64,000 nucleotides of DNA from Spirochaetia bacterium (GTDB lineage: Bacteria > Spirochaetota > Spirochaetia > CADAEX01), in assembly GCA_045606105.1 (NCBI GenBank), contig JAZURI010000010.1, forward strand, positions 64,001 to 128,000, in the 5' to 3' direction. Below are positions 18,240 through 28,659 of this stretch, in pieces; position 1 is the stretch's first letter; every line of letters begins with the position of its first letter. Under the pieces are notes generated by a model that was given only the letters and a program-made list of their open reading frames with translations, did no database searches and was not told the DNA's origin. Position numbers and translations under genes: made by a program.

Positions 18240-19266
18240 GTTTCATACTCTCTATAAGTCGGCTGATCATTCCATTCATATCTGTTTTTGCCCGCCAGCC
18301 CAGTTCTTCAAGCTTTGATGTATCAAGAACCACCTTGAGTACAGGATTATATCCAAGCTTTGTAACATCCTCTGCCAGATCAAAAATCACTTTGACGGAA
18401 GATGTCGGATCCTGTCTGCAGAACAATTCTGCCAGCTCTGCAATGGAAACAGCTGTTGTACTGTTTGCTATGTTATATGCTTCTCCGGCATTTCCACGGA
18501 AGAGAACTGTAAGGATTCCCTCTGCGGCATCTGCAGTATAACAATAATTGCGTACAGTTTCACCCTTAGTACGGAGAACTATATCCTTTTTTTCAATTAC
18601 ACTTCTGGCAAACTGAGCAAAAACCCTGTTGTCATTATAAGAAACACCGGCTCCGAAAGTCTGGCACAATCTCGCAACCTTTACAGGAATTCCGAACTGG
18701 ACGGCATAGGCCTTGCACAAGGTTTCGGCCATTCTCTTGCTTTCAGGATAACTGGATCTTACAGACATGGGATCTGTAAAACCGGAATCTGATTCTCTGA
18801 CAACTCTGATTCCGACTGAGGAATCAAACTGTCCGTAAACTTCAAGGGAACTCAGAAAAACAAAGCCCTTGATTGCTTTTTCCCTGCATTGCCTGAGAAG
18901 ATTTTCCGTTCCGAAGAGAATTGTTTCTATCGTATCAACCGGCTTATCAACAAAAGTTTTTGAGTCGGTGGTACCTGCCCCGTGGATTATGTAATCAACC
19001 TCTATCCCCGAAATATCCAGTTCCTTTATATCAGAGAACAAAGGGATAATATTAGCCGGAGGATTCTTCCCGAAAACTGCTTCAAATCTGCTTCTGCTTC
19101 TGCATGCTGCATATATTGTACAGGATTTACCGGCTATGGCTTTTACAAGCAGGGAACCGATCAACCCCGTTGCGCCGGTTATAAGCACTGATTTTCCGAT
19201 GCAGTTTTCAATAATACTGCTTTCAGAAAGGTTTTTTATGTCTTCTGCAAGAATGGTATTCATCAT
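18232..19266 (-). CDS. SDR NAD-dependent reductase/epimerase, likely the CDP-polyol reductase partner of the adjacent cytidylyltransferase
   Basis: ITGATGLIG, SSLEVYG and YPESKRMAE (YxxxK). Coupled to an IspD/TarI-like gene and licD. Confidence 0.8.
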   Translation of the reverse strand: MMNTILAEDIKNLSESSIIENCIGKSVLITGATGLIGSLLVKAIAGKSCTIYAACRSRSRFEAVFGKNPPANIIPLFSDIKELDISGIEVDYIIHGAGTTDSKTFVDKPVDTIETILFGTENLLRQCREKAIKGFVFLSSLEVYGQFDSSVGIRVVRESDSGFTDPMSVRSSYPESKRMAETLCKAYAVQFGIPVKVARLCQTFGAGVSYNDNRVFAQFARSVIEKKDIVLRTKGETVRNYCYTADAAEGILTVLFRGNAGEAYNIANSTTAVSIAELAELFCRQDPTSSVKVIFDLAEDVTKLGYNPVLKVVLDTSKLEELGWRAKTDMNGMISRLIESMKHD

Positions 19267-19979
19267 AATCCGAATATCTGCTGATTTTCCCGTACATCAT
19301 AGAGGGCACGGAAGGTATAGAAATCGGCAGGTGTTGTAATCTTTATATTGTCGGCTGTACCGTAAACCACAAAAAGCTCGTGGCCGTAGTGCTGCATAAG
19401 GGAAGCTGAATCTATCATATTTGTGCTTCCGTCGGCTATGGCCTTTTCATGGGCCTCTGTAAGCTGTCCCAGAACAAAGCACTGCGGAGCCTTGGCATGG
19501 AAGCATCTGCTTCTGTCCTTGATACTGCATATCTTGCTTCCGTCCAACTCGACTATGGTTTCCTGGGCCGGTACAACGGTAATTGCGGAACCCTTCTCCT
19601 TTACAGACCTGATACAGTCGGAAATAAGGGTTTCTGTTACAAAAGGGCGGACTCCGTCGTGAACCAGAACCACGGAATCGGCCGGAGCAAATCCCGCAAT
19701 GGCTCTGAGACCGTTATAAATCGACTGCTGCCCTGTTTCCCCGCCCGGAACCACGGCTCTGACCTTGATCATTCCGTACTGAGAAAGAAGCTTTTCCAGA
19801 TAAGGAATCCAGTCCTTGATACAGGCAATGACTATGTTGTCTATTTCAGGATGCTTCTGGAAGTTTTCCAGGGTATGGATAATAATTTCCTTGCCGTAAA
19901 GGCTGAGAAACTGCTTTGGCTTTGATCTGCTGTTCATCCTGCTGCCGGATCCTCCGGCAAATATAAGTACATTATTCAT
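19263..19979 (-). CDS. IspD/TarI-family polyol-phosphate cytidylyltransferase
   Basis: FAGGSGSRM, PKQFL, HDGVRP and NIKITTP. The glycan-locus context favours CDP-ribitol/arabinitol synthesis over the MEP pathway. Confidence 0.88.
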   Translation of the reverse strand: MNNVLIFAGGSGSRMNSRSKPKQFLSLYGKEIIIHTLENFQKHPEIDNIVIACIKDWIPYLEKLLSQYGMIKVRAVVPGGETGQQSIYNGLRAIAGFAPADSVVLVHDGVRPFVTETLISDCIRSVKEKGSAITVVPAQETIVELDGSKICSIKDRSRCFHAKAPQCFVLGQLTEAHEKAIADGSTNMIDSASLMQHYGHELFVVYGTADNIKITTPADFYTFRALYDVRENQQIFGL

Positions 19980-19991
19980 AGATTGATCCCT

Positions 19992-21440
19992 TTATCCTCT
20001 GCTTAATCTTCTTTGAATCGCTTTCAAAAAATCCATTATAAACCTGTTCTTTTCTAAAATAAGCATTATTCCGTAAACAAGCAATCCCGTAAAAATCGCA
20101 ATTCCGGTACTGAGCCACATACCCGGAATAAATCTGATACAGATATAAACAAATATACCCATTACAGAAGCATTGAACAAATACAAAAGAAAATATCTGC
20201 CTACTTGTTTCAGGTCAACGATTTTACGACCGTGATAAAACAAAAAAGCTGTATAAAATGTCTGCGAAAACAAAGTAGTGATTGCTGCCCCGTATATATT
20301 AAATTCCGGAATAAGTATCAGATTCAGAATAAAATTCATACATACAGCGAGAAACAAACCGCAGAAAACTATTTTCTCCTTTCCTATTGGAATAAAAGTC
20401 TGTCCTCCCATCACGGAACTGAGACCGGATGAAACAATCAGCAGTGTCATTATCCTCATGGCCGGCACAGCAGAGATGTATTTTTCTCCGCAGAAAGCAG
20501 ATATGGCCGCATGACCTACAAGAATCAGCCCCAGAAAACAAGGTATAGCCATCATAAGAAAAACATCGAAATTCTTATGTACAAGAGACCGGAATTTGTC
20601 TTCCTCTCCGGTCTGGACATAGTATGAAAGCCGAGGAACTATAACAGCTCCTACTGCAACTACCATAGTTAAAGTCAGACTGATTATCTTATGGGAAGCA
20701 GTATAAATTCCCACATACCAGTCTCCGCATAGAAAACCAAGCATTACATTGTCTATTGTCACATGAACAGTTACAACAACGGCAGTAGCAAATAAAATGA
20801 AAATAGGCTTCAGATGTTTTTTAAGCTCAAGCTTCTTTACCAGAGAAAAATCAATAAACTTCCGGCTGTAGAACCAGTTACATATATTCGAGCCGACATT
20901 TGAAATAACGGCAATAGAGGCGTAAATGAGATAATCCTCAGGTTTTTTCACAAAAACATAAAGCAGGACAACACTCAGCACCTGAAAAAAGAATGCCCTG
21001 ACTGTAATATATTTAAAATCCTCCAGTCCGCCGTATAACCACTCAAACCCCAATACAATAAAAAGGATCTTGGAACTGATCAGAATAATCAGGCTTCTGT
21101 ATTCAGAGAGTTTAGGAACAAAAAAAACAGCGGCAAAAAGAAGAAAATAAGCTACCGCTGTCGAGCAGATATTGATTGTAAATATTTCCTTGGTAACCTT
21201 TGAAAGCTCTGCTTTATTGTCCCGCACCTTGGCTGTTTCCCTGACTCCATAGGCGCCGACTCCTAAAGATGCAATCATAATAAAAAAATCTACAAAAGAC
21301 CGGGCAAACGAGACCATTCCTATTCCTTCCGGCAAAAGAACTCTGGAAGCATAAGGAAATGTTATGATTGGGAAAAATGTGCTCATGAAAACTCTCATGG
21401 CGTTCAGAACTGCATTTTTCTTCAGTGACGGTGTTTTCAT
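19992..21440 (-). CDS. wzx: Wzx-type polysaccharide flippase
   Basis: LKKNAVLN...FPIITFPYASRVLLPEGIG N-terminus, about 14 TM segments, LNLILIP and GAAITT. Confidence 0.9.
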   Translation of the reverse strand: MKTPSLKKNAVLNAMRVFMSTFFPIITFPYASRVLLPEGIGMVSFARSFVDFFIMIASLGVGAYGVRETAKVRDNKAELSKVTKEIFTINICSTAVAYFLLFAAVFFVPKLSEYRSLIILISSKILFIVLGFEWLYGGLEDFKYITVRAFFFQVLSVVLLYVFVKKPEDYLIYASIAVISNVGSNICNWFYSRKFIDFSLVKKLELKKHLKPIFILFATAVVVTVHVTIDNVMLGFLCGDWYVGIYTASHKIISLTLTMVVAVGAVIVPRLSYYVQTGEEDKFRSLVHKNFDVFLMMAIPCFLGLILVGHAAISAFCGEKYISAVPAMRIMTLLIVSSGLSSVMGGQTFIPIGKEKIVFCGLFLAVCMNFILNLILIPEFNIYGAAITTLFSQTFYTAFLFYHGRKIVDLKQVGRYFLLYLFNASVMGIFVYICIRFIPGMWLSTGIAIFTGLLVYGIMLILEKNRFIMDFLKAIQRRLSRG

Positions 21441-21445
21441 GAAAT

Positions 21446-22405
21446 CTAAAAAATAAAAAATACTGCCATCAGAAAAAACCTGTATTTCTGACGGGATGTA
21501 GTAAAAATATGATCATAATTATTCCAGATCATCTTCAAAGCCTTGATTCTTCCCGCAAGAGGAAGTTTCCTGGCTCTCATGTTAAAATAGAATATACAAT
21601 CCTGTATTATTTTTTCCTGTCCGGCTGTTACTGAATAGCGTTTTTTCAGTTCATTGATATAATCAAACCGGTCTGTTTCATACTTTTTTCTTTCAAATAT
21701 TCTGGAAATACAGGTCCTGATTAAAGTCAGTGTACTTCTTTTATTATGCTGTGTAACCTGAGTTGTATGCTGCCTGTACCTTGTTATTATATCAAAAGTA
21801 TATCTTATTCTGTCTGAAAAACAGGAACAGAAAGCAAACCATGTATCATGAAAAGGAATATTTTCCGGTATAGGCAATGCTTTTTCAAAAAAACTACGGT
21901 GCATCAGCATGGATGCTCCCTGAAACGGATTTCTGGTACAGAACAGTTTATAAAGAAGATTGTCCGAATCCTCAAACTTGTGCAGTCCCTCGGTTTCATT
22001 GAGATTTATCCCTTTGCTGTTATTGTTTTCATCAATCAGCTCTGCATTTCCGCATGCAATTAGATGACCTTGGATCAGATTCAATAATTTTTCCAGGTGT
22101 TCCGGCAGCCATATATCATCCTGATCGCTCAGGGCTATATATTCTCCTTTGCAGAGTGAAATTGCTTTTTCAAAGTTCTTTTTAAAACCAAGATTTTTCT
22201 CATTTACATATAATTTGATTCTGGAATCTTTACCGCAGTAATCCTTGATGATTTTTACAGTGGAATCCTTTGAACAATCATCACATATGATTAATTCAAA
22301 ATTGTCATAGGTCTGGGTTAATATTGAGTCCAATTGTTCTGCAATATATTTTTCCCCGTTATAAGAGGTCATTGCAATGGATATCAGCTCATTTTTTTCA
22401 AGCAT
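21446..22405 (-). CDS. Glycosyltransferase family 2, probable rhamnosyltransferase
   Basis: SYNGEKYI, DDCSKD, LSDQDDIW, FHDTW and YRQH. Directly downstream of rfbD. Confidence 0.88.
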   Translation of the reverse strand: MLEKNELISIAMTSYNGEKYIAEQLDSILTQTYDNFELIICDDCSKDSTVKIIKDYCGKDSRIKLYVNEKNLGFKKNFEKAISLCKGEYIALSDQDDIWLPEHLEKLLNLIQGHLIACGNAELIDENNNSKGINLNETEGLHKFEDSDNLLYKLFCTRNPFQGASMLMHRSFFEKALPIPENIPFHDTWFAFCSCFSDRIRYTFDIITRYRQHTTQVTQHNKRSTLTLIRTCISRIFERKKYETDRFDYINELKKRYSVTAGQEKIIQDCIFYFNMRARKLPLAGRIKALKMIWNNYDHIFTTSRQKYRFFLMAVFFIF

Positions 22406-23241
22406 TTTTTAAGTGAATCCTTCCAATAAGGTATTGTTATGTTAAATGTGTTTCTGAATTTAGCCTTGTCAAGAACCGAGTAGGCCGGTCTTTTTACCTT
22501 TGACGGAAACTCCTCAGACCTGCAGGAAAATATCCTGCATTTTGTGTGACCGGAAATCTCCGCAATTTCCTTTGCAAAATCAAACCAGGAGCATACTCCT
22601 TCATTGGTATAATGATAAATTCCATCATTTCCGATAAAACCGTTGCTTTCAACCAGATTAAAGATTGCTGCGGCCAGATCTCCGGCATATGTCGGTGTTC
22701 CTATCTGATCATAAACCACTTTAATACTTTCCTTTTCAGCGGTAAGACGGAGCATTGTCTTTACAAAGTTGTTTCCGAAAGAAGAATAAAGCCATGCGGT
22801 ACGTATTATAACAAAACGGCATCCCGATTCCTTTACAGCTTTCTCGCCGGCAAGCTTTGTCCGTCCATAGACGCCTAAAGGATTTACATCATCATCTTCC
22901 GAAAAAGGGAGATTCTTTGTTCCTCCGAATACATAATCGGTAGAAACATGCACCAGCAGTGCATTGCTTGAAAGAGCTGCCTCTGCAAGGTTCTTAACAG
23001 CGATATGGTTTATTCTGTCGGCCGATACTTCATCATCCTCTGCCTTGTCAACTGCGGTATAGGCGGCACAGTTTATGATTACATCAATCTCTCTTTCTCT
23101 GACTGCTTCAAAAACCGCATTACGGTCTGTAATATCAAGCTCTGAAACGTCAGTAAAAAAATATTCGTTTGCGGAACTTACGACCAGCTGACGGATTTCG
23201 CTGCCAAGCTGTCCGTTTGAGCCGGTTACAAGTATTTTCAT
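22384..23241 (-). CDS. rfbD: dTDP-4-dehydrorhamnose reductase
   Basis: GSNGQLG, AAYTAVDKAE, STDYVF, YGRTKLAGE and DQIGTPT. Confidence 0.96.
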   Translation of the reverse strand: MKILVTGSNGQLGSEIRQLVVSSANEYFFTDVSELDITDRNAVFEAVREREIDVIINCAAYTAVDKAEDDEVSADRINHIAVKNLAEAALSSNALLVHVSTDYVFGGTKNLPFSEDDDVNPLGVYGRTKLAGEKAVKESGCRFVIIRTAWLYSSFGNNFVKTMLRLTAEKESIKVVYDQIGTPTYAGDLAAAIFNLVESNGFIGNDGIYHYTNEGVCSWFDFAKEIAEISGHTKCRIFSCRSEEFPSKVKRPAYSVLDKAKFRNTFNITIPYWKDSLKKCLKKMS

Positions 23242-23247
23242 GTTACC

Positions 23248-23796
23248 TCAATCAAAAAGCCATGCATCCTTGAAAAGCGGATGCTTCTTATCCTTTTCTG
23301 AAAGAATTATATCCGCTGCCGGAATTTTCCAGTCTATTCCCAACTCCGGATCATTCCAGATAATTGCACCTTCACTCTGCGGAGCATAATAATTATCGCA
23401 TTTATACTGAAAAACCGCCTCCTCGCTGAGAACAACAAAGCCGTGGGCAAAGCCTTTAGGAATAAAAAGCTGGCGATGATTATCCTCGGAAAGCTCAATT
23501 CCGATATGTTTCCCGAAAGTCGGAGAACTTTTACGGATATCTACTGCTATATCCCACACACGCCCCTTTACTACCCGGATTAGCTTTGACTGGGTATAAG
23601 GAGGTTTCTGGAAATGGAGTCCCCTGAGTACACCGTAAGAGGATTTGGATTCATTATCCTGTACAAAGGTTGTTTTACAAACTTTTTCCTCAAATTCAGA
23701 TAGGACAAAGCTTTCAAAGAAATATCCTCTGTTATCTCCGAAAATCCTTGGCTCAATTATAAAAACACCCTCAATATCTGTCTTTATATAGTTCAT
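23248..23796 (-). CDS. rfbC: dTDP-4-dehydrorhamnose 3,5-epimerase
   Basis: DNRGYFFE, QDNES, LRGLHFQ, GFAHGF and LSEKD. Confidence 0.96.
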   Translation of the reverse strand: MNYIKTDIEGVFIIEPRIFGDNRGYFFESFVLSEFEEKVCKTTFVQDNESKSSYGVLRGLHFQKPPYTQSKLIRVVKGRVWDIAVDIRKSSPTFGKHIGIELSEDNHRQLFIPKGFAHGFVVLSEEAVFQYKCDNYYAPQSEGAIIWNDPELGIDWKIPAADIILSEKDKKHPLFKDAWLFD

Positions 23797-23812
23797 TTAT
23801 TATCCTTTCCGG

Positions 23813-25312
23813 TTATTTTACATAAACCCCTTTATACATTTTCACTGCCTCTTTAGGATCTCCGTCAAACAAAATCCTGCCGTGATCAAACCAGATTGCT
23901 CTGGTACAGACTTTCTCTACAAAGCTTAATCCGTGGGTTACCACAATTACTGCCTCTGCATTTTTTATCATTTTCTGTATTGTTTCACTGGCTTTTTTCT
24001 TAAAAGAAGCATCTCCTGCACTTAATGCCTCATCTATGATAAAAAGCTCAGGCTGAATGGCAGCTGCTATACTGAATCCTAACTTGGATCTCATCCCGCT
24101 GGAATAATTTTTTATCGGTTTTTCGGCATGTTCACCCAACTCTGCAAACTCCAATATTTTAGGCTGGAGTTCCTTCAGTTTTTTCCTGGGAATACCTATC
24201 ATCATGCCGTTAAGCATTATATTGTCTTCAGCGGGAAGCTGATTATTAAACCCGGAACCAAGGCTCAGAAGGGCTGAAGTTTTTCCCTTAACCTCAAGTG
24301 TCCCTTCATTCGGCTTATAAATTCCTGTCAATGTACGACATAACGTCGATTTACCGGCTCCGTTATGACCGATAATTCCAACAATCTCCCCACGGTTTAT
24401 ACTGAAAGAGACATTTCTCAATGCCCAGAATTCTTTCTTTTTTATTTTAAATAAGATTCCGAGATTTTCAGCCTTAATGACACATTCATCCTTAATATCA
24501 GCGACAGTCTGTCTATACTCAGCATCCTTTTCGATAGGCTTATTCAAAAGAGTTGTTTTTTTTATGGGAACAATATTTTTAAGATAGGCATCTGCAACTT
24601 CATTTGGTTTTCCTTCTGCTTTTACAAATCCCTTGTCAATCCAGATTGCCCTTGTACAACGATTCCTTACAAACTCCATATCGTGGGTAACAATAACAAT
24701 CATCCGTGCTTTGGAAATAAGCTCTTCCATTTTTCCGGCAGATCTCTTTCTGAATTCCAGATCCCCCGTACTCAGAGTTTCATCCAGAACCAAAGTCTCC
24801 GGAGCCAGCATAGCAGCAATACTGAAGCCCAATCTTATTCTCATGCCGGTTGAATATTTTTTCATGGGAACATCTATGAATTCCTTTAATCCTGAAAATT
24901 CAAGAATCGTTTCATAATACTCTTTCATCTGCTTTCGGGATAAGCCCATCATGGTTCCATTCAGATAAATATTCTCTTTTCCTGTCAGTTCAGGATTAAA
25001 GCCGGCTCCCAAGGCAAGAAGGGCTGATACACTCCCATTTATATCAATGGTCCCCTTATCCGGCTTAAGCAAACCGCCTAGAATACGACATAAAGTAGTT
25101 TTTCCGGTTCCGTTTGAACCGATTACTCCCAGAATTTCACCGGAATATCCCTCAAAGCTTATGTCGTTAAGCACCCATTTTTTCTTTTTTTTAAAATTTT
25201 TGAGCCTTATTTTATTTAGAATATAAGACCTGAAATCTTCCCGATTCTTATCAGTATTGTAACAAAGCCCCAGATTTTTAGCTTTTATAATCAGTTCTTT
25301 TTTTTCTGTCAT
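23813..25312 (-). CDS. wzt: Wzt/TagH-type ABC ATPase with two tandem nucleotide-binding domains
   Basis: Two full motif sets: GSNGTGKTT/YSTGM/LDE/VTHD and GHNGAGKST/YSSGM/IDE/VTHG. Confidence 0.9.
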   Translation of the reverse strand: MTEKKELIIKAKNLGLCYNTDKNREDFRSYILNKIRLKNFKKKKKWVLNDISFEGYSGEILGVIGSNGTGKTTLCRILGGLLKPDKGTIDINGSVSALLALGAGFNPELTGKENIYLNGTMMGLSRKQMKEYYETILEFSGLKEFIDVPMKKYSTGMRIRLGFSIAAMLAPETLVLDETLSTGDLEFRKRSAGKMEELISKARMIVIVTHDMEFVRNRCTRAIWIDKGFVKAEGKPNEVADAYLKNIVPIKKTTLLNKPIEKDAEYRQTVADIKDECVIKAENLGILFKIKKKEFWALRNVSFSINRGEIVGIIGHNGAGKSTLCRTLTGIYKPNEGTLEVKGKTSALLSLGSGFNNQLPAEDNIMLNGMMIGIPRKKLKELQPKILEFAELGEHAEKPIKNYSSGMRSKLGFSIAAAIQPELFIIDEALSAGDASFKKKASETIQKMIKNAEAVIVVTHGLSFVEKVCTRAIWFDHGRILFDGDPKEAVKMYKGVYVK

Positions 25313-26088
25313 CAGAGAGCCTTAATTATCCTGTGTTCATTATCGCTGTAAAATTTAAACAAACCTAAAATAGCTGTTACAGAAATTGCAGCCAATAACA
25401 AAAGCAGTTTGAAATCCGGAAGCTGATGATACATGAGAATATCCCTGTATGCCTGCAATATCCAGGCAAGAGGATTGAATTTAAGAACCCAGTGATATTT
25501 TTCAGGAAGAAATGAAACATCCCAGATAACAGGGGCAACAAAATGCATTATTGTAACCAGATGTCCTACCACATTCTTGAAATCTCTGATAAATACGCAG
25601 ATATATGAAAGAAACAGTGCGATTGCAAGCTGGAACAAAAGCTGCACTATCAGAACTATCGGAAGATAAAAAATATGTATAGTTGGAAAAACATGGTTAC
25701 ACAGTAAAAATATTTCTACTATCACCAACCCGAAAAGAAAATTAATAGTCTGGGATATTGTGGTCCCGAAGGAAAAAATAGCCTTGGGCAGATATATCTG
25801 AGTAATTATTCCTGCCTTTGTTACGATTGCATTTGTCGAAAGGAGAACCGAAGTGCTGAAATATCTGAAAACCACCATTCCTATAACAAGAAAACATGGA
25901 TAATCAGCCCCACCCCTCCTCATAATGATAACCACAAGAAAGTAATAAACAATAATACTCAGGAACGGATCAAGGAGCCACCATAAATAACCCAGAAATG
26001 TATTCCTGTTTTCTGCCTTAAGATCTGATGTTACCAGATAGAAAATAAGGTCTTTTCTCCGCCACAAATCTTCGATGTATTTTCTCAC
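25312..26088 (-). CDS. wzm: Wzm/TagG-type ABC-2 permease
   Basis: LGYLWWLLDP, IYLPK, RDF and FNPL motifs with six TM segments. Coupled to wzt. Confidence 0.92.
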   Translation of the reverse strand: MRKYIEDLWRRKDLIFYLVTSDLKAENRNTFLGYLWWLLDPFLSIIVYYFLVVIIMRRGGADYPCFLVIGMVVFRYFSTSVLLSTNAIVTKAGIITQIYLPKAIFSFGTTISQTINFLFGLVIVEIFLLCNHVFPTIHIFYLPIVLIVQLLFQLAIALFLSYICVFIRDFKNVVGHLVTIMHFVAPVIWDVSFLPEKYHWVLKFNPLAWILQAYRDILMYHQLPDFKLLLLLAAISVTAILGLFKFYSDNEHRIIKAL

Positions 26089-26091
26089 TTT

Positions 26092-27162
26092 CTATTCCCT
26101 GTCTCCGTAGTTTTTCTCAATCCATTTAAGGTATTCCCCGGAGCGGATTGAGCTGCTCCATTCTGTATTATCAAGATACCATCTTACTGTTTTTCTCAGC
26201 CCCTGGGCAAAATCCACGGACTGCTTCCAGCCCAGCTCACGCTTCAGCTTGCTGCAGTCGATGGCATAACGCCTGTCGTGTCCCGGCCTGTCCTTTACAA
26301 AGGTAATCAGCCCTTTTATCTCATCGGCATCGGCTCCTGTCTCCTCGGCAAAAATCTCGCAGAGGGCATGAACCAGACGGATGTTTTCCCATTCATTTTC
26401 TCCGCCGATATTGTAACTTTCCCCCACAACACCCTTTTCCAGCACAGCCCAGACCGCACTGTTGTGATCCTCCACATAGAGCCAGTCCCTGATATTCTTT
26501 CCGTCTCCGTAAACCGGCAGAGGCTTCCTTTCCTGCATGTTGCTTATCATTACCGGAATCAGCTTTTCCGGAAACTGATAGGAGCCGTAATTATTTGAGC
26601 AGTTGGTCAGAGTAATCGGAAGTCCGTAGGTATGGAAATAGGCCCTTACCAGGTGGTCGCTTGATGCCTTGGAGGAGCTGTAAGGGCTTCTCGGATCGTA
26701 AGGGGTCTCCTCTGTAAAATACCCCTCTTTCCCCAGGGAACCGAAAACCTCATCGGTGCTTACATGGTGAAACCTCACATCCTTTCTCTCTCCCCATACG
26801 GAGCGGCATGCCTCAAGAAGGGCAAAGGTACCGTTTATGTTTGTCCTGATGAACTCTCCGGGTCCCATAATACTTCTGTCCACATGGCTTTCTGCCGCAA
26901 GATGAATGACAGCATCGATTTCATGCTCTTTCATTATGCGGATATTGTTTTCTGTATCACAGATATCGGCATGCTCGAAGAAATAGCGTTTTCCCCCTTC
27001 CCTTGCCTCAATGTCGGCTATGTTAAGGGGATTTCCCGCATAGGTAAGCTTATCCAGATTCACCACCTTTCCGTCGAAATCTGTCTTTTCAAAGATATAT
27101 CGGATAAGGTTACTGCCTATAAATCCGGCACCGCCGGTGATAAGTATATTTCTGAATTTCAT
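26092..27162 (-). CDS. rfbB: dTDP-glucose 4,6-dehydratase
   Basis: [33 protein letters not shown] and DRPGHDRRY. Confidence 0.97.
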   Translation of the reverse strand: MKFRNILITGGAGFIGSNLIRYIFEKTDFDGKVVNLDKLTYAGNPLNIADIEAREGGKRYFFEHADICDTENNIRIMKEHEIDAVIHLAAESHVDRSIMGPGEFIRTNINGTFALLEACRSVWGERKDVRFHHVSTDEVFGSLGKEGYFTEETPYDPRSPYSSSKASSDHLVRAYFHTYGLPITLTNCSNNYGSYQFPEKLIPVMISNMQERKPLPVYGDGKNIRDWLYVEDHNSAVWAVLEKGVVGESYNIGGENEWENIRLVHALCEIFAEETGADADEIKGLITFVKDRPGHDRRYAIDCSKLKRELGWKQSVDFAQGLRKTVRWYLDNTEWSSSIRSGEYLKWIEKNYGDRE

Positions 27163-28037
27163 AACAGATCCTCAGCAATGAATTTAAGATATGTTCCGTA
27201 ATCTGTCTTATATCCGGATGCAATCTCCAGAAGCTGTTCTTTTGTAATCCAGCCTTTTCTGTATGCAATTTCTTCGATACAGGAAACATAAAACCCCTGT
27301 CTTTTCTGTATTGCCGCCACAAAGTTGGTGGCCTCCATCAAACCATCATAGGTTCCGGTATCCAGCCATGCAGTTCCACGGCCTAGAAGCTGAACCTGAA
27401 GCTTACCCTCGTTCATGTAATCGTTGTTGATGGAGGTGATTTCTATTTCGCCCCTGGCTGACGGCTTGGTGTTCAATGCCTTCTGAATAACATCGTTAGG
27501 ATAGAAATAGAGCCCCGGAACTGCATAGTGGGATTTAGGCTTTGCCGGCTTTTCTTCAATGGAAACTGCCTTTCCATCTGCATCGAATTCCACTACACCG
27601 TAAGCTGTGGGATCCTTTACATAGTATCCGAAAATAACTGCGTTATCTGTGTTTTCAATACATTCCCGGCTTTTTTTCAGAATACCTGTCATTCCCTGTC
27701 CGTAGAAAATATTGTCTCCCAGAACAAGAACCACGGAATCATCTCCGATAAACTCCTGCCCTACAATAAATGCATCGGCCAGTCCCCTCGGCTTTTCCTG
27801 AACCTTGTATTCAAACTTCATGCCGATTTTTTCACCGGAACCCAGAAGTTTTTCAAAAAGAGGCAGATCTGCCGGAGTGGAAATAATCAGGACCTCCCGT
27901 ATTCCTGCCAGCATGAGCATGGAAAGCGGATAATATATCATCGGTTTATCATATACCGGAAGAAGCTGCTTTGATACGGCGTGAGTTATAGGGTAGAGCC
28001 TGGTTCCGGCCCCGCCTGCAAGAATAATCCCTTTCAT
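27159..28037 (-). CDS. rfbA: Glucose-1-phosphate thymidylyltransferase
   Basis: [34 protein letters not shown] and WLDTGT. Confidence 0.97.
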   Translation of the reverse strand: MKGIILAGGAGTRLYPITHAVSKQLLPVYDKPMIYYPLSMLMLAGIREVLIISTPADLPLFEKLLGSGEKIGMKFEYKVQEKPRGLADAFIVGQEFIGDDSVVLVLGDNIFYGQGMTGILKKSRECIENTDNAVIFGYYVKDPTAYGVVEFDADGKAVSIEEKPAKPKSHYAVPGLYFYPNDVIQKALNTKPSARGEIEITSINNDYMNEGKLQVQLLGRGTAWLDTGTYDGLMEATNFVAAIQKRQGFYVSCIEEIAYRKGWITKEQLLEIASGYKTDYGTYLKFIAEDLL

Positions 28038-28561
28038 TTGATATTTCCCTTTATAATAATATCATTCAGCCGGCATACACCGGTTATACTGTTTTTTTCT
28101 GACTGTTCGCTGACAATAACATATGTATCGTTATCCTCTGTTCCGGTGTAAATATCCGAGACAGAAAATTTAATGTTTCTTTTCACACAGGCATATTCCA
28201 CCAGAAATTCCAGATCGCTTTTTCCCGCAAGAAGAACCTTGCCGAATCCCTGTTCCGCCGCCTGTTCCACCGCTTTTTCGATTTCGCTCCGATAAAAGGA
28301 AATGTCTGCCACTGTCTGCCTGAAGCAACGGTAGCTTCTTTTAAGGATTTCCTCCACTCCGGCCGGAGAAACCCGGTATCTGATATTTCTGCTGTTAACC
28401 TTTTCAATGGTCAGAAAACCCCGTTCCTCGAGATTCCTGAGCACAGCATTGGTCATTCCCAGGGAAATACCTGCCTTTTCAGCTATATCCCGCTGTTTTA
28501 TTGAGTTATCGTTATAGATGTATTCAAGAATTGATGTTTCTTTTTCGGATGTAATGATCAT
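28034..28561 (-). CDS. Winged-helix (MarR-like, EPS-associated type) transcriptional regulator
   Basis: QRDIAEKAGISLGMTNAVLRNL...YRVSPAG HTH. Start placed at MIITSE (28561) after GAGGT; the ORF-track TTG start at 28666 is less likely. Confidence 0.8.
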   Translation of the reverse strand: MIITSEKETSILEYIYNDNSIKQRDIAEKAGISLGMTNAVLRNLEERGFLTIEKVNSRNIRYRVSPAGVEEILKRSYRCFRQTVADISFYRSEIEKAVEQAAEQGFGKVLLAGKSDLEFLVEYACVKRNIKFSVSDIYTGTEDNDTYVIVSEQSEKNSITGVCRLNDIIIKGNIK

Positions 28562-28659
28562 AAAAGGGCATACCTCGCCCGTTGTCATTCCTGAGATCAT
28601 GGACCGAAGGCTCGGAAACGCCGCCGGAACAGGCTGTTTCTCCGCACAACAGATTGAGT

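Noticed and set aside
28590-28645. Calling the glycan-operon leader a canonical glycine riboswitch or an ops/JUMPstart element
   Set aside because: The CCGAAG core and the GGCGGTAG element are not present exactly, so it is kept only as an unnamed candidate RNA.
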